Positions 9,491 to 20,278 of a stretch of 64,000 nt of DNA are shown piece by piece; the stretch's first letter is position 1, and each line of letters starts with the position of its first letter. The DNA lies in assembly GCA_963842165.1 (NCBI GenBank), contig CAWJFK010000005.1, forward strand, positions 326,070 through 390,069. The letters run 5' to 3'. Position numbers and translations under genes: made by a program. The notes beneath the pieces were generated by a model that was not told the origin of the DNA, searched no databases, and saw nothing but the letters and a program-made list of their open reading frames with translations. Source of the stretch: an uncultured Thermoplasmata archaeon. GTDB lineage: Archaea; Thermoplasmatota; Thermoplasmata; Lutacidiplasmatales; UBA184.

Positions 9491-9871
9491 TTACCCCGAG
9501 AGGACCAGGTAGATCGCGAGCCCGACGCCGATGGCCACCATGAGCGCCGTCAGTCCCCACTCAAGCCCCGAGTGGATCCGGTAACGTCCCGCTTCGAGGT
9601 CGATCCTCGTCGCGTGGAACCGGGCGAAGGCCAGGACCAAGAGGACCGAGCCCGCCAGGACCAGGAGAACGCCGCTGACCTCGGAGACCGGCCCGGGCAC
9701 CACCGACGCACCGGAAGGGCCCGCGATCTCCTTGAGGAAGAGGCCGAACCGGGCGACGACGAAGCCGAAGGCCATGATGGTGATCGCGGTCCGGACCCAG
9801 GCGAGATAGGTCCGTTCGTTCGCGAGGTGGTCGGTCGGGGAGCCCGGCATGGTGGCTGGCCTCCTCCCCAC
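9491..9871 (-). CDS. YidH/DUF202 family membrane protein
   Basis: 'LANERTYLAWVRTAITIMAFGFVVARF' signature plus three TM helices. Confidence 0.7.
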   Translation of the reverse strand: MGRRPATMPGSPTDHLANERTYLAWVRTAITIMAFGFVVARFGLFLKEIAGPSGASVVPGPVSEVSGVLLVLAGSVLLVLAFARFHATRIDLEAGRYRIHSGLEWGLTALMVAIGVGLAIYLVLSG

Positions 9872-9960
9872 GACCTGGGAGGGCCTTTAGGACGCGCCGC
9901 CGGCGGTACCCCGCCGCAGCGAACCCGGCCGGAAGACCAGGATCCGGCGGCGAGCCGACG

Positions 9961-10425
9961 TCACCCCACCGGAGGGTAGGAGCTCGGTCCCTCCCCGAGC
10001 TGGCGAAGGATCTGGTCGAGCTGTTCCTTCGAGATCTCCCCTCGGGCGAACCGCTCGCGTGCGATGAGGACCGCCGAGTCCCCACCGAAAGGCCCCCCGG
10101 CGTACCCGTAACGGTAGCCGTGGCGGGCGTAGAAGCGGCGGTAGGGGGCCATCCCCAAGCCCCAGAAGATCACGCGAAGGACCCACACCGCGATGAAGAG
10201 CGTGAGGAGGACGATGATCAACGTCGGAAGCCAGCTCCAGGACGACCACAGCACCGGCCCGGTCGGCCATTGCCAGCTGAGGATCGCGGCGACGACCCCG
10301 ACGACAATGGCGAGCACGATCAGCGAGAAGATCACGGTGAGGCCAGCGACGATGTGCCGATGGGTCTCGTCGTCGAAATCCAGGTTGGTACTCGAGGTGG
10401 GAAGCGAAGGAGACGGTGCGCCCAT
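9961..10425 (-). CDS. membrane protein with C-terminal SHOCT-like domain
   Basis: Two or three TM helices, then 'LIARERFARGEISKEQLDQILRQL', a SHOCT-type short C-terminal motif. Confidence 0.65.
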   Translation of the reverse strand: MGAPSPSLPTSSTNLDFDDETHRHIVAGLTVIFSLIVLAIVVGVVAAILSWQWPTGPVLWSSWSWLPTLIIVLLTLFIAVWVLRVIFWGLGMAPYRRFYARHGYRYGYAGGPFGGDSAVLIARERFARGEISKEQLDQILRQLGEGPSSYPPVG

Positions 10426-10619
10426 GGACGACCCCTACCCCCATCGAGCGGGGAATAGTTACGAGGTCGGTGGAACCGGTTTTACCTCACCGGGAGGAGC
10501 GGCGGCATCCTGCCGCGAGGGCGTGTGCCGCCCCCGCACGTAGCGCGGAGGGGCGAGAGCGCCCTCCGTGAAACCGGTTTCACGGGGGGCTTAGTAGGCG
10601 GCCCGCCGTCCTCGTTCCC

Positions 10620-11156
10620 ATGTCCGCGGGTTACCCCACGCCGACGGCGGTTTTCTCGACCCCCCGACTCCGTCCCCCTTCGGCCGGATCGGCCGAGACC
10701 CTGGTCCTCGTTGCCCTGATACTGCAGTTGATTGCGGGATGCTTCCTGGTCGGCGGGATCCTCTTCCTCTTCGGCTGGGCCGCCTACCATCCCTTCCCCT
10801 TCGCCTGGATCGCCCTGATGGTGGGGGGCACGATCGGCGTGGTCGCCGTCCTGTTCCTGTACTTTGCCTACACCCTCTCCTACCAACGCATCCAGCGCGG
10901 GGACTACTCGGGGGCGCAGACGCCCACGCTCGTGATCGGGATCCTCTCGCTCTTCTTCGGGATCATCCCGGGGATCCTCTATCTCGTCGGGTACTCGAAG
11001 CTCTCCGACGCGATCCGGGAGCAGCAGACGCCGCCCGGGTACTTCGCCCCCGGAGCCCCGATGGCTACGCAGATCGCCTGCCGTGGCTGCGGGAGGGTCT
11101 ACTTCGCCGGTCAATTCCCGTTCTGTCCGAACTGCGGGCAGAAGATGGGCGCGTAG
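10620..11156 (+). CDS. membrane protein with C-terminal zinc-ribbon
   Basis: Four predicted TM helices followed by 'CRGCGRVY...FCPNCGQ'. Confidence 0.6.
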   Translation: MSAGYPTPTAVFSTPRLRPPSAGSAETLVLVALILQLIAGCFLVGGILFLFGWAAYHPFPFAWIALMVGGTIGVVAVLFLYFAYTLSYQRIQRGDYSGAQTPTLVIGILSLFFGIIPGILYLVGYSKLSDAIREQQTPPGYFAPGAPMATQIACRGCGRVYFAGQFPFCPNCGQKMGA

Positions 11157-11240
11157 CGCCGGTACCGGTCCGACGCCGCACGAGGTTCCAGAGTCGAAGT
11201 CCGGAACGCCCCGGGGGCGGGCCGTCCTAGTTCCGGTGAT

Positions 11241-11774
11241 TCAGTCGAGGTCCAACTCGGCCTCGCGACGGAGCAGCGAGGCCGATTCTTCACGGGTCGC
11301 GTCCGCGAGGTTCGTCTCGGCGCCGATCCGCTTGCGGTCGATCTGCTCGATGAGGCCGAAGAGCCACTCGAACTCATGCATGATCAGAGGGTCCCGGAGG
11401 GACGTGCGCGCCCGTCCGATCACGTCGACGGGGCTCCGAAGCGCGACGTAGTAGCCGCTGATCCAGGTGCCGAAGGCCTCCCAGACCAGTTCGCGGTTCA
11501 GTACCCGAGCATGGGTGAGCGAGCCGATCAGCTCGAAGAACGCCGCCACCTCGAGGTTCGTGATGTCGTCGTGGCGGCCCTCGAGGAGGCGTTGCGCCAG
11601 CAGCTTGCGTCGGCGCCGTAGGGCGGGGGAGTCGAATCGCTCGCGCAACGTCAGGACGGCGTTCGCGCTGTTCAGATGCTGGGCGACCCGGACCTGCCAC
11701 CAAAGTAGCACGACCGTGCCGATGGCCAGCGCCCAGGCGGCGATCGCCGTGAGCGTGGTCGTGTCGAGCGCCAT
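11241..11774 (-). CDS. hypothetical N-terminally membrane-anchored protein
   Basis: 177-aa ORF with a single N-terminal TM helix ('LTAIAAWALAIGTVVLLWW'). No family recognised. Confidence 0.5.
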   Translation of the reverse strand: MALDTTTLTAIAAWALAIGTVVLLWWQVRVAQHLNSANAVLTLRERFDSPALRRRRKLLAQRLLEGRHDDITNLEVAAFFELIGSLTHARVLNRELVWEAFGTWISGYYVALRSPVDVIGRARTSLRDPLIMHEFEWLFGLIEQIDRKRIGAETNLADATREESASLLRREAELDLD

Positions 11775-11868
11775 GCCGGACCAAGAGGTTCGGACGAACG
11801 TTTGGCTATAACTCGTCGGACCGTGAGACGGCTGCTGGAAGGCTCACCAGCATCCCCGATGAGGTCGA

Positions 11869-11953
11869 TGCGGGGAGAGGGATTTGAACCCACGAACCCC
11901 TACGGGACCAGACCCTGAATCTGGCGCCTTTGGCCAAGCTTGGCAATCCCCGC
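11869..11953 (-). tRNA. tRNA-Leu (anticodon CAG), class II with long variable arm
   Basis: The reverse complement reads GCGGGGATTGCCAAGCTTGGCCAAAGGCGCCAGATTCAGGGTCTGGTCCCGTAGGGGTTCGTGGGTTCAAATCCCTCTCCCCGCA. It has a 7-bp acceptor stem, anticodon arm CCAGA-TTCAGGG-TCTGG, a GTTCAAATC T-loop and no encoded CCA. Confidence 0.9.
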
Positions 11954-12021
11954 GCGCAGGCCCGTACCCACGGACCATTAAGAGCCTGAGGCTGCCGGGG
12001 GCCTCGCCGACTCGAAGGTAA

Positions 12022-13580
12022 ATGGCCCTCCGGGCTGGCGGCCCCATGGTGGCGCGGTCGGAGGGCCGTTCGCAGGCAATCCAACGCGTGAACGCCCTGG
12101 AGCGACGCCTCGCGCCGCTCGACCGGGCGATCCTAGGGGTGGAATGGCGGCAAGCGACCGGGCGGGCCACGCGGGGCGCCGCATCGTTGCAGCTTCGACG
12201 CCTCGCCGTCTTGGCGGAACCGGGCCTCACCGAGCAACTTCGCGCCGCGATGCACGAGCTCGCCCCAGGGTCCGACCGGCGCCGCGCGGAGCTGCTGCTC
12301 CGCACGACGCGGGAGGTCCAGATCGAGCAGGCGCCGGAAATCGTGCACCTACGGGATCCCCTCGTACGCCGTATCTCCGCGTTCCACCCGACGTGGAAGG
12401 GCCGTCGAAGCAGTCGGGGCGCGCTGTGGGAGATCCAGCGGTCGAACCCCGACCGCGCCCAACGGGAGGCCGCGTGGCGGGGGAAGAATCCCTCTTCCGA
12501 CCGATGGAGCCCGCATTGGCCGGGCTCGTCGCGCTCCGGAACTCTCGAGCCCGGGAGTTCGGGTTCCGGTCGTTTCCTGAGTACCGGCTCGCGGCGGAGG
12601 GCCTGTCGGTCGCCCGGTTGCGCGAGCTCATGGACGCCGCGGCCCGCTGGGTTCCGGACGAAATGGCCCGTGCGCGCGAGGAGTTCGAGGACGCGACGGG
12701 CGAACGCGGCTGGTACCCTTGGGACGCCCACTACGCCCAGCAGCTCCGGGCGCCGATGCCCAAGGCCTCGTTCCCTGGCGACCGCATGCTGCCGGCCGTC
12801 CTCCGCGGGGTTCGGGCGTGGGGAATTCCGCCCTCCCTCCTCCGGTTCCGCGTCGACTTCCACGACCTTCCTGCGGGCGGGATCTCGCTCGCTCCAGACC
12901 CTCCGCGGGACGTGCGGGTCGTCGTCCATCCCGAAGGGGGCTGGGAGTGGTATGGCATCCTCTTTCACGAGGTCGGGCACGCGGTCGCCTCCGGGGCGGT
13001 TCGCCAGCCCTCCCACCTCCTTCGTTGGCACGAACACGTACCCGGGTTCGCCGCGATGTCCGAAGGGGAGGGCGGGTTCTTCGAAGAGATCGCGGCGACC
13101 GAGGCGTGGCTGCGGACGCGGCCGGGGCTCTCCCGGGAGCAGGTCGCGGCCGCGGTCGCGTCGGTCCGACGCAGGGTTCTCTCCAACACCGCTTGGACCG
13201 TCATTTGGATCTCCCGTGAGCTCGCGCTCTACGAGGACGGTCCTCGCGGGCCGGAGGTGGTGGCGAAACGATTGGAGCGCCGCCTGTTCGGATACGAGTC
13301 CCATGAGCCGATCTCTTTCGCCGACGGGTTCTCGGTTGAGCTCCCGCTCTACTCGCCGAGCTACTTCCTCGCGACGCTGTTCGGGTCGTCCCTCCGACGC
13401 GCGGTGCTCTCGGAGGTAGGAGGCCCGCTCTGGCCGAACCGAAAAGTTGGCCCCTGGCTCCTCCGGCACTGGATGCGGGAGGGCACGTCGTTCGACTGGA
13501 CGACGCGGCTCCGAGAGCTCACGGGCGCGCCGTTCGACGCCCGGGCTTTCCTCGCGGAGACCCGCCCGGGGACGAAGTAG
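12022..13580 (+). CDS. zinc metallopeptidase, M3 (oligoendopeptidase)-like (one frame change near 12485)
   Basis: 'FHEVGHAV' HExxH motif with a downstream 'GFFEEIA'. The N-terminal third is in ORF 12022.. and the remainder in ORF 12144..13580. The switch is at a G5 run. Confidence 0.7.
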
Positions 13581-13592
13581 GTCGCCGCCGGG

Positions 13593-14414
13593 CTAGGCGA
13601 TCGCTGGGACGGTCGCCGTGTGGTGGCGGTTCTTCTCGGTCTGAAGGATATCGAGGGCCTCCGCGACCGTCGCCTTCTGATGGACGATCGCTCGTAACCC
13701 CTTCAGCATCGCGACCGGGTGGTCGGACTGCCAGATGTTCCGGCCCATGTCGATCCCGTGCGCTCCCTCGTCGATTGCGTGGCGCGCGAGCTCGAGCGCC
13801 GCGCGGTCGCTGTCGAGCTTCGGGCCCCCGGCGACCACGAGGGGCACCGGGCACCCTTCCACGACCTTCGAGAAGTTCTCGCAGTAGTAGGTCTTCACGA
13901 TGTGGGCCCCGAGCTCGGCCGAGACGCGACAGGCGAGGGCGAGGTAGCGGGCGTCCCGCTTCTCGAGCTCCTTGCCGACGGCCGTGATCGCCATCACCGG
14001 CATGCCGACCGCCTCTCCCTCGTTGACGAGGTCTCCGAGGTGGACGAGCGACTCGTGCTCGTGCGGAGCGCCGACGAAGACGCTCAGCGCGATCGCGCTC
14101 GCGTTCAGCCGGAGCGCCTCCGTCATCGACGTCGTGATCGCCTCGTGGGAGAGGTCCTCGTGGAGGACCGTGACGCCCCCCGAGACCCGAAGGACGATCG
14201 GGGTAGTGGCGGTGGGCGGCACCGCGCGTCGCAGGATCCCGCGGGTGAGGGCCAGGGCGTCGGCGTGGGGAAGGAGGGGCGCGATCGTGGCTCGCGCGTC
14301 CTCGAGATGGTGCGTCGGGCCCATGAAGTAGCCGTGGTCCACCGCGAGCATGACGGTGTTCCCGCTCGTCGAGGAGAACATCCGCCCGATCCGGTTCGCG
14401 AGTCCCCAGTCCAT
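13593..14414 (-). CDS. class I aldolase of the DhnA/LsrF/ADH-synthase family
   Basis: 273-aa ORF with 'MLAVDHGYFMGP...IVKTYY...VVAGGPK...GIDMGRNIWQ', typical of archaeal 2-amino-3,7-dideoxy-D-threo-hept-6-ulosonate synthase / fructose-bisphosphate aldolase class I. Confidence 0.75.
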   Translation of the reverse strand: MDWGLANRIGRMFSSTSGNTVMLAVDHGYFMGPTHHLEDARATIAPLLPHADALALTRGILRRAVPPTATTPIVLRVSGGVTVLHEDLSHEAITTSMTEALRLNASAIALSVFVGAPHEHESLVHLGDLVNEGEAVGMPVMAITAVGKELEKRDARYLALACRVSAELGAHIVKTYYCENFSKVVEGCPVPLVVAGGPKLDSDRAALELARHAIDEGAHGIDMGRNIWQSDHPVAMLKGLRAIVHQKATVAEALDILQTEKNRHHTATVPAIA

Positions 14415-14484
14415 GGTCCGACCTCGAGCCTCCGATGGGGCGGGCGCTTCTTATCGGTTGCCCCGGCCGAGAGGGTCCCGAAGC

Positions 14485-14976
14485 CTACGCGGAGGGCGGA
14501 ACGTCCGCTCCGCGCAGGGCGACCGGGACCCGTCGGTCCTCCTTCACCCGGTTGAGGACCACCTGGGTGTTCGACCGCTCGACGTAGGGGTCCTGGAGCA
14601 TGTGCTTCACAAACCGATCGAGGTCCCGCCGGTCCCGAAACCGCCCGATCAAGAGCGCGTCGTTATCGCCCGTGACGTCGTAGATGGCGTAGGCGTGCGG
14701 GTCGCGGGCGAGCCTCTCCTCCACTTCCCGCAATCGGCCCTTCGAGATCCAGATCCCGATCACCGCCCAGAGGTCCCATCCGAGCTGTTCGTCATCGAGC
14801 AGCGGGATGTACCCCCGGATCACGCCTTGCTCCTCCAGTCGACCGATTCGGGAGCTCACTGTCGTCGGCGAGATCTTGAGCCGGTGCGCGAGCTCCCGGT
14901 GGCTGCGTCGCGCATCGATGTTCAGCTCTACGAGGAGGTCGCGGTCGAGCTCGTCGAGGGTGGACGTTCGGCGCAT
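14485..14976 (-). CDS. Lrp/AsnC family transcriptional regulator
   Basis: 'LDELDRDLLVELNIDARRSHRELAHRLKISPTTVSSRIGRLEEQGVIRGY' plus a RAM domain. It is divergent from glnA. Confidence 0.9.
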   Translation of the reverse strand: MRRTSTLDELDRDLLVELNIDARRSHRELAHRLKISPTTVSSRIGRLEEQGVIRGYIPLLDDEQLGWDLWAVIGIWISKGRLREVEERLARDPHAYAIYDVTGDNDALLIGRFRDRRDLDRFVKHMLQDPYVERSNTQVVLNRVKEDRRVPVALRGADVPPSA

Positions 14977-15092
14977 GAAGTTGGATAAAACCGTTCAAAG
15001 CTAATGCCTTTGGGTTCCAAACTGGATGTTCGCTCGGTTCCCGACCCCACCGGTTGATGTACCCGGGTCGATACCCTCCCCGTCGAACCTCC

Positions 15093-16558
15093 ATGTCTCC
15101 AGCAAAGAAAGAAGCGGGCGCGCTCGACGGACCGGCGATCCTGGCGAAGCTGAGGGCCGACCACGTCCGATGGGTGCAGCTGTTCTACACCGACGTGTTC
15201 GGCGGCTACAACCAGGTGGACGTCCCGCTCCACACGCTGGACGCCGACTCGTTCGTCACGGGGGTTCCCAAGCTGGACGGCTCGTCCGTCCGCGGCTTCC
15301 GGGAGATCTTCGAGTCCGACATGCTCCTCGTCCCCGACCCGCGCACGCTCGCCTCGATCCCGTGGAACCCCGACGCGGGCGGCACGGTCCGCTTCATCTG
15401 CGACGTCCGGGTCGGCACGCACGTCCACCCCCTACGCCCACGACCCCCGGGGGGTCGCCCGGAGGGCCGAGCAGGTCCTCGCGGCCGCCGGGTACGATAC
15501 CTCCTACTGGGGGCCAGAGGTCGAGTACTTCGTCTTCGACTCGATCGAGCTCATCCCCTCCGCTCAGGGTGTGCGGGACCCCTGGGCCGGCGCCGGCTAC
15601 CTGCTCCACCAGTCGGAGGCCCCGTGGGAGACCGGACCCCAGGTCTCCACGATCCGGTTCAAGGAGGGGTACCACCGCACCCCGCCCTACGATTCGATGG
15701 TCGGGTTCCGGGCGGAGGTGTCGAACATCCTGGCCGACGACTTCCACGTCCGAATGGACGCCCACCACCACGAGGTCGCGACCAGCGGTCAGGCCGAGAT
15801 CAACATCCACTACGACGAGCTGGTCCCGACCGCGGACCACGTCCAGGACATCCGCTACGTGATCAAGAACGTGGCCCACCGCCACGGCAAGGTCGGCTGC
15901 TTCATGCCGAAGCCGATCTACGGCGACAACGCGATTGGCATGCACACCAACCAGTCGATCTGGTCGAAGGGAAAGAACGCGTTCTACGACGGGAACGACA
16001 AGTACGCCGAGATCAGCCAGACGTGCCGGTACTATGTCGGCGGCCTGATGGCCCACTCCCGCGCGATGTGCGCGATCACGAACCCGGTCACGAACTCCTA
16101 CCGGCGGCTGGTCCCCGGCGTACGAGGCGCCCGTCTTCATCGCGTGGAGCCGCGCCAACCGCTCCGCGAGCGTCCGCATCCCGTTCTACCTCAAGGGACG
16201 GCCGGAGGTCAAGCGAATCGAGTACCGGACGCCCGACCCCGCCGCCAACATCTATCTCACGGAGGCGGCGCTCGCGCTCGCCGGCCTCGACGGGATCAAG
16301 CGCAAGATCGAGCCCCCGCCCCCCGTCGACCAGGACATCTACAAGCTCACGCCGGCCCAGCGCAAGACGCTCGACATCCACGAGCTGCCAGGATCGCTCG
16401 GCGAGGCGCTCGACTGCCTCGAGTCGGACCGGGCGTTCCTCAAGCCCGCGTTCGCCGACTCGCTGCTGGACACGTACATCGAGCTCAAGCGCAAGGAGCA
16501 GCTCGAACTGAACCTGCGGCCCCATCCGTACGAGTTCTACCGGTACTTCGATGTCTAG
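15093..16558 (+). CDS. glnA: glutamine synthetase type I (two frame changes near 15428 and 16118)
   Basis: The sequence spans three frames: '...VQLFYTDVFGG...DGSSVRGF', then 'HHEVATSGQAEINIHYD...KPIYGDNAIGMHTNQS...NSYRRLVPG', then 'YEAPVFIAWSRANRSASVRIP...' ending at TAG 16556-16558. The first switch is at a C5 run; the second lies at the short runs 'ccccgg'. Confidence 0.9.
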
Positions 16559-16605
16559 GTAGGCCTTCGTCAAGTCGTTGCGCTCGCGCTTAGATAGGGC
16601 GCGCG

Positions 16606-18204
16606 ATGGCCCGCCCAGGGTCCATGACGGGCGCCCGCCGCTTCACGGGAGGCCACGTCTTCACCGGCCAACGGCTGGCCGAGGCCCTCCTGATCGAGAA
16701 CGGCCGCGTCGCCTCGGTCGGGAGCGAAGCGGAGGTCGCGCGCGCCGCCCCGACCGGTTGCGATGTGGAGGAGATTCACGGGCACCTCATCATTCCCGGT
16801 CTGGTGGACGCCCATCTGCACATCGCCGAGACCACCCGGGCGGAGCACGGGATGGCCGTCGCGGGGTTACGCTCCCGCGAGGAGCTCGTCGAGCGGCTCC
16901 GCCGGTGGACGAGGGACCACCCGACCGGGCCGATCGTCGGTCGGGGTTGGAACGTCGAAGGGTTCCCGGACAAGCGTGAGCCGACGCGCCATGACCTCGA
17001 GGCGGCGGTTTCCGACCGCCCGGTGATCCTCTACCACGCGAGCGGTCACGCGGCGGTCGTGAACGGGGCGGCCCTCGAGGCGGCCGGGTACTCCGACCAC
17101 TCTCCGGACCCCCCGGGAGGACGGCTCGGCCGGGAAGCGGACGGCTCTCCCAACGGACTGCTCTACGAACGCGCGGTCGATCCGGTCGCCCGGTTCACGA
17201 GCGGAGCATTCCCCTCAGACCGGGAGGAGGTCGCCCAGACGCTCCGGTCGATCGCTTCCCTCGGGGTCACGACGGTCGGTACCATGAGCACCGACCCGGA
17301 GGAGCTCGAGGTCCTCACGTCCCTGGGTCTCTCCGGAGAGCTCCCCGTCCGGGTCCGAGCCTACGTCCGTTTCTCGCGGCTGGCCCTCGTGAACATCGCC
17401 CGCCCGCTCGAGGTGGAAACGAACGACCTGCTCGTCGTGCGCGGGACCAAGGTGTACACCGATGGGGCGTTCGGCCCGCGGACCGCGTGGCTTTCCGAAC
17501 CCTACTCCGACCAACCGGGGAGCTCCGGCGACTCGACCCTCTCGACGAAGGCCCTCGCAGAAATGGTTCAGGTCACCGTCGACGCCAACCTCGTTCCCGC
17601 CCTGCATGCGATCGGCGACCGGGCCCTCCAGGTCGCTGTTCAGGCACTGGAGTCGGTCGAGCGCGTTCCGGGGGCGGCCCGGATCGAGCACGCGTCGCTC
17701 GTACCTCCGGACCTGTACCCGCTCCTCGATGGGGTCCGGCCCATGCTCGTCGTGCAACCGAGCTTCGTGTGGACCGACGCATGGCTCGGCGAACGGCTGG
17801 GCGCCCAGCGAGCCCGTCATGCCTACCCCTTCCGCACGTTGATCGAACGCGGGCACCTCCTTGTCGGGTCGAGCGACTCCCCCTACGACCTGCTGGACCC
17901 ATGGAGGGGGCTCGCCGCGGCAGTCCACCGTACGGACCCGGAGGGTCGCTCAGCCAACCCCAGTCCCGAGGAGAACCTCTCGCCGGAGCAGGCGATCCAG
18001 CTCTACACGGCCAACGCCGGGCCGGGCCTCGGGGAAGCGGACCTCGGTTCCCTCGAGGTAGGGGCCCGGGCCGACCTCGTCGTGGTGGACGCCCCCGACC
18101 TCTCCGCTGCGATTGCCCGCGGGGCGCCGGGCGTGCAGGCGACGTGGATGGCCGGCCGGTTGGACGTACCACCGGGCGGCCCGCAGGCGCCCGTAATCCC
18201 TTAA
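16606..18204 (+). CDS. amidohydrolase family protein (YtcJ-like, amidohydrolase 3)
   Basis: Intact 532-aa ORF with 'PGLVDAHLHI' metal-binding HxH, 'ALHAIGDRA', 'IEHASL' and 'GSSDSPY'. Confidence 0.8.
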   Translation: MARPGSMTGARRFTGGHVFTGQRLAEALLIENGRVASVGSEAEVARAAPTGCDVEEIHGHLIIPGLVDAHLHIAETTRAEHGMAVAGLRSREELVERLRRWTRDHPTGPIVGRGWNVEGFPDKREPTRHDLEAAVSDRPVILYHASGHAAVVNGAALEAAGYSDHSPDPPGGRLGREADGSPNGLLYERAVDPVARFTSGAFPSDREEVAQTLRSIASLGVTTVGTMSTDPEELEVLTSLGLSGELPVRVRAYVRFSRLALVNIARPLEVETNDLLVVRGTKVYTDGAFGPRTAWLSEPYSDQPGSSGDSTLSTKALAEMVQVTVDANLVPALHAIGDRALQVAVQALESVERVPGAARIEHASLVPPDLYPLLDGVRPMLVVQPSFVWTDAWLGERLGAQRARHAYPFRTLIERGHLLVGSSDSPYDLLDPWRGLAAAVHRTDPEGRSANPSPEENLSPEQAIQLYTANAGPGLGEADLGSLEVGARADLVVVDAPDLSAAIARGAPGVQATWMAGRLDVPPGGPQAPVIP

Positions 18205-18227
18205 GGCGCGGCCGGGCTCGACGGGCC

Positions 18228-18869
18228 ATGGCGGCTCCCTCCGGTCCTCCCCAAATGAAGGAGTTCTCTCCGTCGATGCGGACCGACCTCATGGTTGCGG
18301 ACTGGAGAGCTGCGCTTCCGGAAGAGCTCTCGGTCGAGGAGAAAGAGCGGCGGCTGTACGGGGCGGTGTGGGACGCCTACATGGAGGGCGACTACGGGTT
18401 CGGCCTCTGGCTCTGGCACGAATGCGACCGGCTCACGAACAACCTGAACGGGAACGTGCGCGAGGTGACCCGGATTTTGGGGCCTGGGCACTACTTCGGG
18501 TTCTCCCACCGCCGGGCGATCGCTGGGGCCGTACCGATCGAGCGGATCTACCGTCCCCGGAAGGGGGACATGAGCACCCCTCGGACGGACGCGTTTGTTC
18601 TCCCGCACTACCAGGTGCTCTGTGTGTACCTGGTGAAGTCGGAAGCCGGCGACACGAAGGCGAAAGCACTCCTCGAGATCTCGCTGGGGGAACTCGAGGA
18701 CCTCCGCCGGAACGATGCCTTCCTGAAGCATTTCGAGACGTTCCGGGACCTCGTCAATCGCACGAAGGCGGCGGGAGAGGCGCCCCCTCCTCCCCCGACG
18801 GTTCTCCGGGCGGCTCCCTCGTCGGCGCCGCCTGCCTCCAAGGCCCGCCGGGCCCGCGCGAAGAAGTAG
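18228..18869 (+). CDS. hypothetical protein with Pro/Ala/Lys-rich tail
   Basis: This is the last roughly 213 codons of track ORF 17487..18869. The upstream part of that ORF overlaps the amidohydrolase gene out of frame. No family recognised. Confidence 0.5.
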   Translation: MAAPSGPPQMKEFSPSMRTDLMVADWRAALPEELSVEEKERRLYGAVWDAYMEGDYGFGLWLWHECDRLTNNLNGNVREVTRILGPGHYFGFSHRRAIAGAVPIERIYRPRKGDMSTPRTDAFVLPHYQVLCVYLVKSEAGDTKAKALLEISLGELEDLRRNDAFLKHFETFRDLVNRTKAAGEAPPPPPTVLRAAPSSAPPASKARRARAKK

Positions 18870-18925
18870 GCCGGGGGCCCGAACCCCTCCTATATCCCGT
18901 CCGATTGCGCCCGCGGGGGCGTGCG

Positions 18926-20116
18926 ATGCGGGCGGTGGTAGTGGGAGGCGGCGGTCTCACCGGTCAGTGCTCGGTCCGGGACCTCGCGTCCTCGGGAGCG
19001 TTCGACCAGGTCGTAGCCGCGGACCTCGACCTTTCTCTCGCGGAGCGCGCGGCCCACGCGGCCGGGCCTCGGGCGACCGCGACCAAGCTCGACGTCCGGG
19101 ACCACGCCGCCCTCGTCCAGCTCCTCGTCGGGGCCGACGTCTGCGTCAACGCGGTCCAGTACGGGTTCAACCTCTCCGTCATGGAGGCGGCGTTCACCGC
19201 GCGGGTCCCGTACCTCGACTTCGGCGGCCTGTTCCACATGACCCGCCGGCAGCTCGCGCTGCACGAGCGGTTCCGCGCGGCCGGATTGATCGCGATCCCG
19301 GGACTGGGTCAGGTGCCCGGCATCTCGAACGTCCTCGCGATGGAGGCGTGCCAGGACTTGGAGCGCGTCGACTCCCTCCTCATCCGCGACGGATGGAAGG
19401 ACCTCACGGTGAACGGCCCCGAGATCTCCTTCACGTGGTCGCCGAGCACCTTCCTCGACGAGATGGTGATGCCGGCGGTCGTCTTCGAGAAGGGCGCCTA
19501 CCAGGATTACCCCGCGATGAGCGGGGCGGAGGAGTACGACTTCCTCCCGCCCGTGGGCCGCACCCGGCTCTACCGCACGCTCCACTCCGAGCCCGCCACC
19601 TTGCCCGAAAGCCTCCGCGACAAGGGGATCCAGCATTGTGAGTGGAAGGAGGGAGGTCCGGGGATCGAAGTGCTCCGGACGATGGCGTTGCTCGGCCTGG
19701 GGTCCGACAAGCCGCTCGACGTCCGAGGCCAGTCGATCTCGCCCCGCGACTTCGTTCTGGCGCTTTTGAAACGGGAGAAGCTCCTCGGAGCCCCCGAGGG
19801 GATCGTCGTCAACGATTGGGAGGTCTGCGACATCGAGGTGCACGGGACCCTCCACGGCCAACCCGTCGTCCGGCACGCCCTCGCCCGGTTCCCGCCTCGG
19901 CCGGACTGGCACCTCACCGCCACCGAGTACGCGGTGGGCGTCGCCGGCTCGGTCGGTGCCGAGCTATTGGCTACTGGGAAGGTGACCGCCCGCGGTGTCG
20001 TCCCCCCCGAGCGGTGCGTGCCGCCGGGGCCGTTCCGCGCCGCCCTCAAGGCCCGCGGGATCGAGACCGCGATCGTCCCGCCGGAACCCCCGCTGGCCCC
20101 TGCGCGAACGAGCTGA
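18926..20116 (+). CDS. saccharopine dehydrogenase-like NAD(P)-binding protein
   Basis: 'MRAVVVGGGGLTGQCSVRDL' Rossmann start and 'IPGLGQVPGISNVLA'. Length and pattern match saccharopine dehydrogenase family proteins. Confidence 0.7.
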   Translation: MRAVVVGGGGLTGQCSVRDLASSGAFDQVVAADLDLSLAERAAHAAGPRATATKLDVRDHAALVQLLVGADVCVNAVQYGFNLSVMEAAFTARVPYLDFGGLFHMTRRQLALHERFRAAGLIAIPGLGQVPGISNVLAMEACQDLERVDSLLIRDGWKDLTVNGPEISFTWSPSTFLDEMVMPAVVFEKGAYQDYPAMSGAEEYDFLPPVGRTRLYRTLHSEPATLPESLRDKGIQHCEWKEGGPGIEVLRTMALLGLGSDKPLDVRGQSISPRDFVLALLKREKLLGAPEGIVVNDWEVCDIEVHGTLHGQPVVRHALARFPPRPDWHLTATEYAVGVAGSVGAELLATGKVTARGVVPPERCVPPGPFRAALKARGIETAIVPPEPPLAPARTS

Positions 20117-20134
20117 AAACAGCCTCCAAGTGGC

Positions 20135-20160
20135 TATTTTGGCCATTTTTCGGTTGTTTG
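20135..20160 (+). terminator. oligo-T tracts downstream of the 18926..20116 gene (archaeal-type terminator candidates)
   Basis: 'ctattttggccatttttcggttgtttg' lies about 20 nt after the stop, in an otherwise GC-rich genome. Confidence 0.4.
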
Positions 20161-20270
20161 TAGGTAAAGTAAAGGGTATTTTGCGGGAAATACAATGGCG
20201 CAGTACTAGTTGAGTTTCGTTGCGTATTGTACTATATCAAGTCGAAACGAGATTCAGGTCCTTAGCCATC

Positions 20271-20278
20271 TATATATA
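20271..20278 (+). promoter_or_regulatory. TATA-box candidate for the aminotransferase gene at 20319
   Basis: 'TATATATA' inside a roughly 200-bp AT-rich intergenic island, about 41 nt upstream of the ATG. Confidence 0.5.
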